In this document: positions 1 to 13,630 of the stretch, piece after piece
Layout of the letters: each line of letters starts with the position of its first letter
How positions within the stretch are numbered: position 1 is the stretch's first letter
NCBI GenBank assembly: GCA_044892525.1
Contig: CM097885.1
Span: 28,460,001-28,524,000, forward strand
DNA length: 64,000 nt
From: Schmidtea polychroa
Lineage: Eukaryota
Direction of reading: 5' to 3'
Program-made: the position numbers and the translations under genes
Notes under the pieces: generated by a model
The model's input: only the letters and a program-made list of their open reading frames with translations
Told to the model about the DNA's origin: nothing
Database searches by the model: none

Positions 1-1136
1 ATTTAAAAAATTGATTTATTTATTTAATTAATTTTTTTCTTAAGGTAATTTGTCTTTACAGTAAATTTTTATTTTACTTTAGAGAATTCATTAAGTGTTT
101 GATTGGTTATAATAAAAGTACACATTAAAATAATATATATGTATGTAAATAATAATAAAGACACAAGTAAAATAATAATAAAAACTAATCTCACAGCAAA
201 ATTTTATACATGTAGCATTACTGATTAAAATTAGGTATTTTTTGTGTCCCTTTGACTTGTTTTAAAATTTTTTTTATTTCATTTATTTTCAGTAAGTCTT
301 CATTATTTATTTTTATATTTTTAGTTTTAGGAATTATAATTATAATTTAAATAAATCTTATTTATCAATGAAATTAATTATGAAGTAATTTTTTTAGATT
401 TGAATAAAATTTTCTTACTTTTGGCATTTCCTTTTAATAATTTGTTTTTCAAAATTTTTCTTTAAATTTTGCTGAATTTAAAGTTTGTTTACAGAATTTC
501 ATTTACCAAAATATCACGAAAAAAAAGTTTTGAAAACTGTTAAAAGAAATAATTAATGTTAAATAATTTTAACACGAAACGTTGTAAATATAAGGGACTT
601 GACATGGATTATAAAACATATATTTTTAGAAACATTAAATTATTTATTCATTACATAAATTATGACTATTAAAACAACCATCATCATTAAACAATTCGCA
701 ATAAATTATAATAAATTCTGCATAAAATATTTCTATGTTAAAATTGAAATTTAATAATTCCGCCAGGTTAGGAAAATATAAATTATTATGTATTCAATCA
801 ACATGAATTATTATTTTTAATTACTTAGCAATTATTATGCAGTGATTGTATAATATCATATAATTTGACAGAACATTGTTTAACTTGTTCAAGGGTTCTC
901 CAAAATGAATGGCTTTGTCGAGGGTAAGGGCATGCACCTACTTGTCTGCCTTTTGTTAAAGATGTATACTAATATCTAAGCATAATAAACAAATCTTCAA
1001 TTTTCTATTTGAAATTTTATTTTTTATATTTATGAATTATAGAATTTTCTAAGTGGAAAAACAAAAAAATTCATTTATTTTAAGAATTACTATAAATAAT
1101 AAGAAAACAATTTATATGACTATAAATTTACTATTG

Positions 1137-1320
<184 letters not shown>

Positions 1321-1995
1321 ATTCCTGTTGGAGTTATGCAAAAGATACAAAATAAAAAATATTAAATTTTACAAATTTACAAAATTAATTAAAAATTTTG
1401 AAAAGATAAAAATCAATATTTTTCTGGGGAAAGTGGTAAATGGTGACATATGAAATTCTGAAGACGAATAAAATAATTTCAATTTCATCAGAGGTATTTA
1501 ATTAAGTTTCAACGAAAGCCGCTAATCAAAGGATATCCAGCTGATTGTCAGATCAATATGTTGTCGGGAATTAGAAGAATCAGCAGTGAAGCTTTCAGCC
1601 GGCTGATGGACAAATTAAAGACCACTAAAATATTATATAATCAGAAAACAAAAAACAGAAAACGCCAGTTGGTTGAAGAGAAAATTGTTAAAGAAAAATT
1701 ATTAAATTAAAGACAGAGAATGAGTCGAGGAGTGATTTCGGGAAAATAAATAAACAATATTGTTTTGTTTTAACAGTAATACCCATCGGGCATTTTTGCA
1801 CATTGTTAAACGTTATAATTGATTTGAATAGTTTGGAAATAAATATTTTGTTGGAATTTGAGTTTTATTCTTTTGATTGCGGAACACGAGAAGTCGGATT
1901 GAGATTTAGTTCCATCTACAAACATTTAAATATCCCAACATTATTTTTATTATTATTTATTATTATTATGTATTATTATTTACTATTAATTATTA

Positions 1996-2073
<78 letters not shown>

Positions 2074-2282
2074 TAAGTCTTTTGCTGCGAATAATGTATT
2101 CAAATAAATTCATCTCAGGAGATTGACAAGTACTATCTTATAGTCGAAAAATTTTTCATTAAATACATTATTTGCAGCAAAAGGCTTAACTTATCACTTT
2201 TTTTATTTTAAATAATAAATGCTGCTACCAAGAAATCATTACTTTATACTATTATTATTATTATTAATTTAAAAAAACATAC

Positions 2283-2792
2283 GTAAAAGCGATCCACAGC
2301 AATTGCCGAAATACTCATTGTGCTGACAAACATGTTTGTTCCGGTGAAGAAAGATACCATTTTACATAGGGTTTCGCCGTAAACCCATTCTTTGTGTTGT
2401 GATAAGAGTCTGATTAAATTGAAAGGCTGAGTAAAGATACATAGAATGAAATCAGTTACAGCAACATTTAGAATGAAGAGATTTCTTGGATTTTGCATTT
2501 GTTTTTTACGAAGAACAACTAACACGACCAGAATACTACCACAAGCACCGAATAGTATCATTATTATGTACATCGAGAGAATCGGTATCAAAACTGATGC
2601 AGAAATTCTTGCTTGTTTTCGATTTTGGTTCATATGCTGAAGAACGATCTTTTCCATTTCTTCCCGTTGTGTTTTCTGTACGCACAGGGCCAAATAATCA
2701 AACAGCTCCCGATACGTAAACGGATTGTTGTTAGAACACAGAGACGATGATAGGTTACTAATGTTAGAGCCTGTTTCATTTATCGTTGTCAT
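2283..2792 (-). CDS. Rhodopsin-family neuropeptide (NPY/NPF-like) GPCR, first coding exon (N-terminus to end of TM3)
   Basis: TM1 (ILFGACGSILVVLVV), MQNPRNLFILNVAVTDFILC (TM2), WVYGETLCK (ECL1), SISAIAVDRFY (DRY motif); GT donor (gtatgt) at 2282-2281 right after DRFY; later exons not found in window. Confidence 0.9.
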
Positions 2793-4059
2793 GTAGATTG
2801 GTAAAATAAAATTTTGAAAATAAAAATAAATAATCTCTTATATCAACAAGTAAACAAAATCTTGAGAAGTAACCAATCGGATTTTAATAAATATTATGAC
2901 TTACAAATCAGAATGTTTCATTCCTTTGAAGTTAAAAATATGGATATATTCTGTTTTATTTTCTCTTTTTAAAATAAAGGATAAAATTATAAAAGTGTTG
3001 CAAAATTAATGAACACATGCAAGGAGAAATTCCATGAAATTTAGGAAGAAATATTGTCTGGTATATATGAAATTTTAATGGTATTGATTTTTTGTTTACT
3101 TTTGCCCAGTATATCAACGCGAGAAGGGCGGGGGATTCTAATACCTATGGTGGCGGAGCGATCATCCTTGACTGCAATGCTTTAACCATAAGAATTTATG
3201 TAATTTGCTCTAATAGTAATAAGTCATATTTGATAATGTGAATTTATATTTATTTACTGTTTATTCATTGTAAAATATCAAGCAGAAGCCCTTTGTTTAA
3301 ATACTTTTCGGCTCATTTGAAATAACTGTATCCTAGAACCGAAGACAATCTATCCTTAATATATATGTTGTTTCATTAGTTTAACACACTATCAGTTTCT
3401 AATATTCCTAATATTAACTCAATTTTAAACTTGTATAACATTATAATTTAATATTTTGCTAATTCAAACGCTAATAAACAGCAATCATTGAAAAAGTTGC
3501 GCAAATTTCGGTGCGTAAATCTGTGGTTACGGTGACCTCTCGTATTTTGTGATAAAAATGCGTCAAGATAGAGACTAGGGACCTTACTATGGTGGTGGGG
3601 AAATAATCGCTTCTGCGTGTAAAGGAGGGTTGCAGGCGTTATTTGTAGTTAGAGTGTAGAAAACGACGAGGAGAAGAATTTGGGAAGGTTGAGTTTATGT
3701 AAAAATTTATAAGAAAATATAAATATGATATAATATAATGTGGCAAGGGTGAGATTATATAAAAATTTATAAACGAATAGAAATGTAAATAATATAAATA
3801 AATATAAAATATTATGTAATATAATATTATGAAAGATATATTTAAAATACGACTCGCCCGTTAATCTCGACTCGGTACCGGTTTGATGTTGATTTCTTTG
3901 TCGTTCCACTTCTAACGTTTTTGGCAATTCTTGTGGTCCGTAGTGCTGTGTACGAGTCTCTAACACCAATGTCTCGAGAAATATTGTTTTTAGGAGATCG
4001 ATTGGCAGCAATTTATTCGTCTTATCGAATTCGGTCGGCTGAGAATTGTTTGTCGATGA

Positions 4060-4470
4060 ATCATCGGAATTCAGAATGCAAACATCAATATAAATGTCAT
4101 GCTTCTGTGCTGTAAATACTCCATTTATCATTGACATGAAACACGAAGAACTGTCCGGGAATCCGGTACAAATTATAATAAATCGTCCAGAAAATTCTAA
4201 TTGACAATTATTCAATGAACTAATGATTTTAAACAAGCGTTTAAAATAGCAAAGCGATTTAATGAAACCGCCAGACAAATTGACAGAATTTAAAAGAGAA
4301 TTGCCTCCATTAATCAATTTTTAAATATTTTCACGAATTTTCGTCTCGTAAAACTGTAGGTAGTCATTTTTAGTCGAACAAATTGATGATGAAATAGCGG
4401 ATTTCACATCGGTTGTGTAAATGTATTCGCTTTTTTCAGGACTTCTGACACCAATTATCGTAACTATGAA
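4060..4470 (-). pseudogene. GTF2H3: TFIIH p34 (Tfb4/GTF2H3)-like pseudogene fragment
   Basis: LSGGFIKSLCYFKRL...GRFIII...DSSSCFMSMINGVFTAQKHDIYIDVCIL resembles the Tfb4 vWA region; upstream in-frame VTIIGVRSPEKSEYIY separated by an in-frame TAA at 4323-4321; similarity ends near 4060. Confidence 0.7.
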
Positions 4471-5414
4471 AACATTATAATTAATATCGTTCAAAATTTA
4501 TTAAATATAAAATTGTTATGTCGCGATCTGAATTCCATCTGAAGGTAATAATGATTTGACTGCGATATTGGTTCTGGATGAAAAGTTGCTTCTAATTATC
4601 GGTCCAAATTTTATTGCTGCCCTTCATCTCTTCTTTATCTTCTTGTTATTATTTATTTCGAACCTGCGAGTTTTTCTTATTCTGATTATTTAAACAAGTG
4701 TTTTTTGAATACTTTTATTTTCTATATATTACTTTTTAATATGATATAATATATCTATATAAATAAATATTTAAATGGAGTAAAGTGGAGGCACTTGATT
4801 TTTGAAAATCTCACATTATAAATTCATTTTTCCAGAGTTACATGTTCCTAACAACAAACTAGATGAATTCAAAGTAATATATACAAACTTACCTTAAATA
4901 TATATGAAATTGGACAATACAAAAAATATAATTTTTATTGCAAAAATTCTTCAGGTTTTTCGTATCCACTCGAACAATGAATAAAGTTTCCAAAGATAAT
5001 GTTGCTTCTTGAAATTTTCGTTTTCCAAATTATTGAGTGGCATCAGCATTTTTCTTTCAATACTCCTAAATTAAAATACTATTAAATGGAATATATACAT
5101 GAACAACAAACCTGTAATTTGATGATCAATTTGTAGTTGTATTCAGTAATGTTTTGAACTAGATATTTATACTATTTCCATTGTAAAAAAGGTTTCAAGT
5201 GAGAGGCATGACCAAAACGTGATCAATTAGTATATTTTATGCTAATTAACAAAGTCCGAAATGATTTATTGTATACAAAGAAATGATTTCTAAAGGTATT
5301 AGGTTAATTAAGGTAATATTATCACAAAATAAATATAATTTTATACATGTATATTTTATATTTTATTACAACAATACATTTTTTGCAATTCAGCAAGTAA
5401 TGAGTTATTTCTTA

Positions 5415-5737
5415 TTGCTGGATGTGATAGATTTAAAATGAACAAAGATATCCTTAGAGCTACTATCATTGTCAACACTTATGAATTCATATCGATTCTT
5501 TAAGTTACACCATTTCATAATGGAAACGAATATAAATGAAACTACAAAAAGAATCTTTATTCTCCAAAATACACGCGAAACTCTTTTTTAATACAACCTT
5601 CTAGAAATCCAAAAATCATTCACTTAATAATTCCAAAAAGAAGTAAAATTCAAAATTACCTTGCCTCGCGTCTGTGTGTGCAACCCAACAGCCAAATACA
5701 AACAATACTCAATGCGCGCACAGGCGCGTTACATAAT
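5415..5737. repeat. ~320-bp dispersed repeat with subterminal GC hairpin, copy A
   Basis: Reverse complement of 9502-9822; 16-bp stem 5667-5682/5713-5728. Confidence 0.8.
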
Positions 5738-7201
5738 CAAACTCAGTCTGTATAACGTATAATTTTTATAATTTGTTTTATAATTTTAATTTTCTGATTT
5801 ATTTACTATGAATAGAACATGTTGTGTAATTGTAAATAAATGTGTTTTTTATAAAATCAAAATTCTTTTTCTCCGTCTCAACATCAATGCAATGATGGCA
5901 ACTTTAGTTTCAACACATTTTTCTTAAGTTAATATGATAAAACTTGAAAGAGGTTCAATGAAAGTTTATTTTGAGGGTGGTTATGAGAGTTTTTCATTAA
6001 GAGTTAATCAAAATTCTATTAGATAACAATTTTCTAATCAAAATTAATTTAAAATAACAAAGAAAATAATTTATCCGAAAAGAAAACTTTGAAAATAACC
6101 AGAGTAAGAAATTTCTCTAAGAATAATTTTCTCTGAAAATTCTAAGTAAATATTTTTAACGGAAATTTCAGTTAATTCTGAATCTAATTCACTAGAATTA
6201 AAAAGGTACGGCCACTGGTTTTTAAATTTAATTAATTAATTAATTTCAATAAATTTCCAATCATAATTCTTTGTTTCAAACGAACTTCACAGGAAAGGAG
6301 ATTTTGAAATGATCCAAAATATTTTTTTTATTATGTCCTCATCTAGTTTTGTTAATAAAAATTTAATTTAATTTTAGTGCCGGATTCTCCTGACAAAATT
6401 TAATTGATAAACTAATAGAAAACTGAAACTTGATAAATCAGTTTAAAAAAGAAAATTAAAGTTGTCATGGTTGATTTTTATTAGAAAGATTATTTTTGGG
6501 TAAATATATTAAGATGAAGAAATGAGGTGGGAATTAACGTTCCGTCGGTTGTGACTGATCGGACGGTCACAAATTGTTCATTTCACAATGATGTTTACTT
6601 CCTCACCACAGTTTAACATCCTATTTTCAGTAGGTTCTTAATCATGAAAACATTTACCATTTATAAATACCATTTGCTTCTCTGTGTCTCTTGGGAGCAT
6701 CAAACCTGAAGTTGCTCTATGGCACATTGCGCTTGATGGCAGGTTAATAAAGAAGTTTTGAAGAATGAAAATACGTTTTATTATTTGACTTTAAATGTGA
6801 TATAAATGTTGAAAACTTTCCGTGTAATGCTTAAAGTGGTCTTTTGCAATTAGCACTAAGATCCAAATTATTAATAACTTTATAGTTCCTTTAAAATCTA
6901 TCAAATCATTTATATCTCCAGAGACTCGTTGGCCAAAAATATGTATTTTTCTTCTTTATATCTAAATTTTTAATTAAATTTGATATCGTTAATATCGTTA
7001 GAATTTATAGAACCTGTGCTGGTGCTTTTATAACTTTGATAAAATTCATATTTAATATGATAGTAGAAAATAAATTTTTATATATTAATGTTTAAGAAAA
7101 AGTAAACTTTTAAGCAGTTATTAAGAATATATAAAATTGCTAATGGATTACGGTCTTATTTAATTAATTAATTTGTTATTGCGATATTATATCTATTTTT
7201 A

Positions 7202-7442
<241 letters not shown>

Positions 7443-7675
7443 CACCATTGAGCAAGAGCTAACCAAACAAATCCAGCCGGTGGCGATAGAGATGATGGAA
7501 ATTTGCAAACAGTGACGACTTAAGGCCTGTCGAAGGTTACTATCGACCAGCCAACAATCATAATGTAATGGATGATCGTTGTAATGTTCTCGGGGAAAAT
7601 ATATTTATGTGTTTTCTATTTATTTTTGTTTTTTAAGGAGTGATACGATAATAAGAGTTGAATCATAGTGGGAAA

Positions 7676-8173
7676 TTATTATCGGAGAACTAACCCGCTT
7701 GAGTTCTTGCCGATTATAGTGTACAAGAGTACGCTCACTTTTCCCTAGTACTTGTCCACTCGATACAGTTCCAACGTTGATCACACAACGAGTATCGAGT
7801 GATACAACATTCTTGTATTCTGGGTTACACTGGAAACCGTACGAAAGGTTAAAATGTAGATTACCTGTAACCAGTGGTGAGCTATGCATGTCCTTTAAAA
7901 AATTTTTAAAAATTTTGAGAGTCCCTTTTTGTTCTTTCAACTGTGATTTTGGTCTTCACTTCAAATTAAAATTTCTATTGTTTTGGTAGTAAACATTTTT
8001 AAAACAATTTTACCGCATTTGTATATCAAAAAAAGAATTTCTGAACGCTTTTATATTTTACTAAAAAAGCAAATTCGGAAAAAGCATTTTTTTCTGGCCG
8101 AAAAACACCTAAATTTTGTTTTGCGAGCCTTTTGTTGTTTTTTTCACAGCTTTCCACTGCCTGTAACCCATCA
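7676..8173 (+). repeat. 3' module of the orphan-ORF repeat family, interrupted by a hAT MITE
   Basis: Shares GCTCACTTTT, TATTCTGGGTTACACTGGAAAC and CCTGTAACCCA(T/C)CA with 61461-61677 and 63764-63980 (-). Confidence 0.75.
7872..8159. mobile_element. hAT-type MITE
   Basis: Ends CAGTGG...AGCT / AGCT...CCACTG; perfect 8-bp TSD CCTGTAAC (7864-7871, 8160-8167). Confidence 0.8.
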
Positions 8174-9384
8174 TGTCTATGGATATGAATTATTCAAAAA
8201 AGTACCAAGCTGATTTTTGTTGTTAGTAAATGTTAATTTAGGTCATTCTAATTGAAATTCATATTGCAATCGGTTGTCAAATCTATTCAAATTTTGTGTA
8301 TTTGTTCATGAAAATAAAATTTGTCATTTTGTTATATTTAGTCCACCCGAAAATTTCAGAAATCGGAAATATATACCATTCTTCCTACAATGATTGTCAT
8401 GCTTCTGTGAGAAAAGTTAAAAGGTCGTTCAGTTATTTTTCCTATTTTTGCAAATATAGCGAATAATAATAATTTGAAAATTTGTTTAAATAATATCAGA
8501 AATAAAGATAATAATTATTCCATTACACATTTCACTTTTATATATCAAATATTAAATCATTTTCGTAATTTCATATTGATATATTAATATATAAATTCTT
8601 CGTATATAATAGCAAAAGATTGAAAGATTATCGTTAATAAAAACAAAATTAAAATTAGCAGAGAAAAACCAATGATTGTCCAGGAAACTAAATTAGTAAA
8701 ACCAATCCTCCTTATCCTTCCACCTACATTTTGCGACTTGAAAAATAAATATATATATATCATATACGTGCCAGGATAGCCTCTTACCTTTTAATCTTGT
8801 GTATGACACCATTTAATATTTTATTTGAAGGTTATCAAGTTATTATGATATTGTAATGTGAGATTTTATTAATACTGCGTTACTAAAATTAGTATCACAC
8901 ACATACACAGGAAATTAACCAATCAGAATAATTATTTATTTATTTATTTAATAAATTCTATTTAATAATATTAAATAGAGCAATGATAAAATGTGCGATC
9001 TCTCATAAATAGCCAACTCCAAATGCCTAAACCAATTCCCAAATCATAGCAAATGGCCAAAAATTCATTTATCATAAGCAGATTTGTAAAATCTCTAAAA
9101 CGATAGCTTAATTCCATCAACAATTCTACAAATAAAATAAATCAATCATTATTATTATTTTCATGCCAAATTTTTGAATTGATTAAATTTTTCCGAACTT
9201 CAATCTATTGGCAAAATGCATTATAACATTCTAAAATAAATTTATCAAGCTGGTATTTAGTTATTTGTTTGGAGTAAACAAATTATTTGTTAACAAATAA
9301 AGTTGTTCATAAAATTCCAAATGAGATATTTATTTAATTATTCCATATACACTATTTTGGTCATGTTGAAATTGCCCTAGTTTC

Positions 9385-9500
<116 letters not shown>

Positions 9501-9501
9501 C

Positions 9502-9822
9502 AATTATATATCGCATCTGTGTGCGCATTGAGTATTGATTGTATTTTTTCTGTTGGGTTGCTCACACAGATGCGAGGCAAGGTAATTTTGATTTTTATGT
9601 TTTTATAGAATTAATTGATTTGATTGTTTTGGATTTTTAAAGGAATTCTTGTTTAAAAAAGGTTTGTGGCGAATTTTTTGAATAGAATAAAGATTTTTAA
9701 AAAACTTTCGTTTTCATTATGAAATGGTTATGAAAAAGAAAGGTTATGAATTCATAAGTGTTGACAACGATAGCAGCTCTAAGGATATCTTTGTTTATTT
9801 TAAATCTATCACATCAGGCAAT
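9502..9822. repeat. ~320-bp dispersed repeat, copy B (inverted to copy A)
   Basis: Reverse complement of 5415-5737; stem 9511-9527/9559-9575 (16/17 pairs). Confidence 0.8.
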
Positions 9823-9862
9823 GCAATCTAAATAACTTATAGAGAAGTTCTTTTAAATATTC

Positions 9863-10006
9863 ATGGCTCAAATTATGTTGGAGACATTTAATGCACCAAT
9901 GAAAATTTTGATGATAATGATAATGAAAATTCAAATGTTGACGATAATGACAATGAAAATGTTTACGGCAATAAAAATGATGTATGTTTCAATTCAAGCG
10001 GTTTTA
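9863..10006 (+). pseudogene. Short actin-derived fragment interrupted by ~80-bp minirepeat
   Basis: MAQIMLETFNAP ... MYVSIQAVL matches the actin segment MTQIMFETFNxPAMYVAIQAVL. Confidence 0.65.
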
Positions 10007-10060
10007 ATACTCACACCTCATAATAATTATTATTATTATTATTATTTGTATTATTATCGA

Positions 10061-10115
<55 letters not shown>

Positions 10116-10865
10116 ATTATTATTATTATTAAATATTTCGATACGAGTGAAATTTAGTAATACAGAAATATAAAAAATATGATGAAAAGATTGCAAAGTA
10201 TTTTTTTTCGGAAATTTTATTAAGAAATTCCATCTTCATTTGGTCGCCGTTTCTCCATGGTACATCATCAAATGATATCGTAAAATTGCAGTCTGCTAAT
10301 ATGTCAATTAATGTAATTGAGATTGATCCTTGCACATTGAAATGGAAATTATATCGATATCGGTATTTTTTATAAATTTTTTTGTTAAGATAAAATCTTG
10401 AAATATTTTTAGTCTTATAATTATTTCGATTGTGGGCGACGATTAATTTGATTAAATAATACCAAAAGATGTTTGCTGTTCATCTCAAATGTATTTTTCA
10501 TATGGTGTGTTTAGCAAAAATATTTTCAAATATTTGTAAATTCTGCAGAAAATGGGAAATATCGTGTCTAAAAGTAATATTTATTATTAATATCGATATT
10601 ATTACAATTGAATTTTAAATCATTCGTAAAATAAAATTTCAGGAATTATGAAAAGAAATTTAGAAAATTATTTCATTTTCAAATTAGTTTTGAAACTGCT
10701 TAAAAATAATAGCTTTTGTTATATTATATAGTAATTAGTATTTCCAATGTATGAAGGCTGATGTCCAATGACAAGTATTTTGAAACGCACAACATATAAA
10801 AAATGTAAATAAAACAAACACATAATACCAATAATTAAAAGTCAATATCCACCACTAATAGGTTG

Positions 10866-10921
<56 letters not shown>

Positions 10922-10924
<3 letters not shown>

Positions 10925-11747
10925 AAACAAACACCACTGAGATACATTCTCTATAGTGGTGGTTTGTGTGTAGAGCAATTGCTCACTCACCAATTTACTA
11001 CTGAATTGCTCATCATGAAATTTATTTTAGCCATTTTAGAAATGGTTTTCAGGTAAGATATTAAATTTAAAGTAAATTTTAAGACTTGAATTTTGATCCA
11101 TATGGATATGAGATCATTATTCAAGTTCTTAAATATTACTTTTAATCAACATTATAATTATAAATTAATTTTCAGGGTTTTTTAAGGAATTTTATGATAT
11201 TTATCTTGGAATTATTTCGAAAAAACGTGAGTCTGACATATTTTTAATTATAATTAATTAAATAAATTAATCAATCCCAAAAATATGTATATTTTTAAAA
11301 CATTTTGGGATTAAAAATAATTTTTTTAATTTTGTAATTTTTTTTGAGCTCAATATGATGGGATTCTTTAAGGAAATCAAATCTATAGTAAAAATATATT
11401 GAACCAAATTCATCTGCTCTTGATATTTTCATTAAAAATATAATTTTAAAAATTTTCAACGATCTTTTTTTCTAAAAATTGTCTAAAATAGAATTATTAT
11501 AGGAACGTATCTCATCGTTACATTTCTACGAATCAAAAATTTGTATGTGTTTTTTTAATATGTGTTGCGTTTGTGTGCAGTTTTTAATTTTTTTCCACTT
11601 TTCAGATTTCTATAATATAAGATGTATCTCATTGAGCTATAAATGAGAACATCAACGTGAAATCAAAGAAGTATGTATGTTTCTATAATGTAAGATTATT
11701 GATTTTTTTGTTATATTATAGGAAATGGTTCTCAGTGGTGTTTGGTG
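10922..11747. mobile_element. MITE with TIR (CA)CCAAACACCACTGAGA in TA context (Tc1/mariner-like)
   Basis: Left caaacaccactgaga, right tctcagtggtgtttggtg, flanked by TA repeats; diverged second copy at 29157-29927. Confidence 0.75.
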
Positions 11748-12533
11748 TATATATATATATATATGATAAGAACTTGAAGCCACAGAAATAATGACGATAT
11801 TCTTATAGAAAAATCTTTTATGGAGAAATTTAAAATGAAGCAATAATAAAAATTTAATATATGAACTGTGTGTAAAGGTTTTATGTTTCAAAACTTAAAA
11901 GTTTTTATTTAGAAATTGAGAAAGTGGCAGAAAAATAATTTTACATATAGACACAGCACACATAATAAAAATACATACAAATTTTTTATAGCGTTTTTCG
12001 TTTTAAAATTTAAAAGTGATTAACATATTGTTAACATATTATTATTTTCGATATATTAAAAATTCATGGGGGAAAAATGTTTGATCTAGAATTGCACAAC
12101 TCTAGTTTGAGCTCTAGAGAAAAAGACGATAAAACATCGTAAGATTTAATTATAAAATAATTTTACATTTAATATTTATTTAGATTTTCAGATATTTCTT
12201 GTCAAACTCTGTTTTTACGTGAAGGTAAAATTTCAAATATTGAACAAGGTCCTTCGAAATCTTTGGATTTGCAGAAAAGAAATCGTAAATTTTAAAAACC
12301 TATTTAAAAAAATAATATTTTCATAGAATTACAGAACATAACAAAATTCGACTAATTAATGCCTTTGAAAATGTTAAAAATTACGAAGAATTTGGAATGA
12401 AAACGTGAAAAAAACAAATCAACTGTAAAATTCTTATTAAAATATAATTTGTTTTAAAATACAAATTGTGATTAAATATATCTTTTCAAATATTCAAATG
12501 TCTTCAATTAAAGAAAACAATTGTTCTAAAATT

Positions 12534-12680
12534 GGTGTCAGAAGTGGGATGGATTAAAGGAGAGAAGGACTAGCAAATCCGAATTATTATTAGTGATCAG
12601 GGATTACAATTTGAATCTAGATTAACAATTTCTGCAAGGATAAGAGAATTCATCATTGAACTCAACAGCTTACAACCCGC
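12534..12680 (+). mobile_element. Gypsy-type LTR retrotransposon remnant: tRNA-Leu PBS plus integrase core fragment
   Basis: TGGTGTCAGAAGTGGGAT is complementary to the 3' end of eukaryotic tRNA-Leu(CAA); followed by IISDQGLQFES...STAYNP (frameshifted rve core). Confidence 0.6.
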
Positions 12681-12908
12681 GTGTACTGGGGAGCTAACCT
12701 TGCAGCACGCTAAATATCGGAAAGATAGAATAATTGTACGTTCCACATATTATGAAATTTTATTCCAATTAAAAACTTCGATAAATAAATTTAAATGATA
12801 TTTGCAATTCTATCCATCAGCAGGTTTTCATTCTGTCCAGGTTATTCATTGAATTGGTTTTGAAAAGTTTCTTTCTTTTTCTTCTTGACATTTTTTGAAT
12901 CTTGTTAA

Positions 12909-13138
12909 CCCCTTAACGCACAATTTAAAAAAAAACGACCAAAAAAAATCAATTTTTTTTCTTTAAGAAAATATATATTTGGACCAATTTCAATAAATAA
13001 CAATATAATGTAACAATAAAATAATAATATTTATTAGCTGAAAAATAATAAACTAAAACTATTCAAAAACTATCACGTCACTGCACATTTTGTCCGGTTT
13101 TGCGCGAACGTATATATACGTCAGTGCGCGTTAAGGGG
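12909..13138. mobile_element. piggyBac-type MITE
   Basis: 11-bp TIR CCCCTTAACGC; TTAA on both sides (12905-12908, 13139-13142). Confidence 0.85.
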
Positions 13139-13630
13139 TTAAACTGCTTTTTTCGGGTTATTAAAACAAAATTTATTTATAAAATAGTTTGTATTGAGAA
13201 GGCATTACACCGCGATGCACTGATAATGTTGAAAATGGCATAGATGTCTCAAAATCTTGCTCAAAGTTAGTGCTGAAGATGAAAAAAGGACATGGGCGCA
13301 TGATATTCCCAAAATCCAACTTGGATTACGCAACTGAGCTTGCTTTGAAATTAAAATTAGGCTACATGGTGATAAAGTAATCACACATACTTTATTATAT
13401 TATAACGATGAGTCAAAAACTGAAGAAGGGAAAACGTCTAAATAAATTACTCAATGCAACTCAAATGTATTCTGGTGCTTATTATAATTTAAAAAATTAA
13501 TTGCGTTGTTGGTTATGGAGAACTTTGAGTTTCATTGTCGAAAATATTTGACATTGTCTACCATCCAGGTGGAAAGTCTCAGGTAAAAAATTGATATTTC
13601 AGCGTAGTCAAAATAGCCTATGTGCAAAAA

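Noticed and set aside
1803..2126. ORFs rich in poly-Y/I/N/L (also 7168-7508, 14466-14738, 16144-16353, 18078-18281, 20901-21487, 22903-23230, 59119-59419)
   Set aside because: Artefacts of (ATT)n microsatellites, which lack stops in several frames
4441..4453. TGGTGTCAGAAGT (minus strand), identical to the start of the tRNA-Leu PBS at 12534
   Set aside because: Only 13 nt, lies in the Tfb4-like reading frame (IGVRS), no LTR context; probably chance
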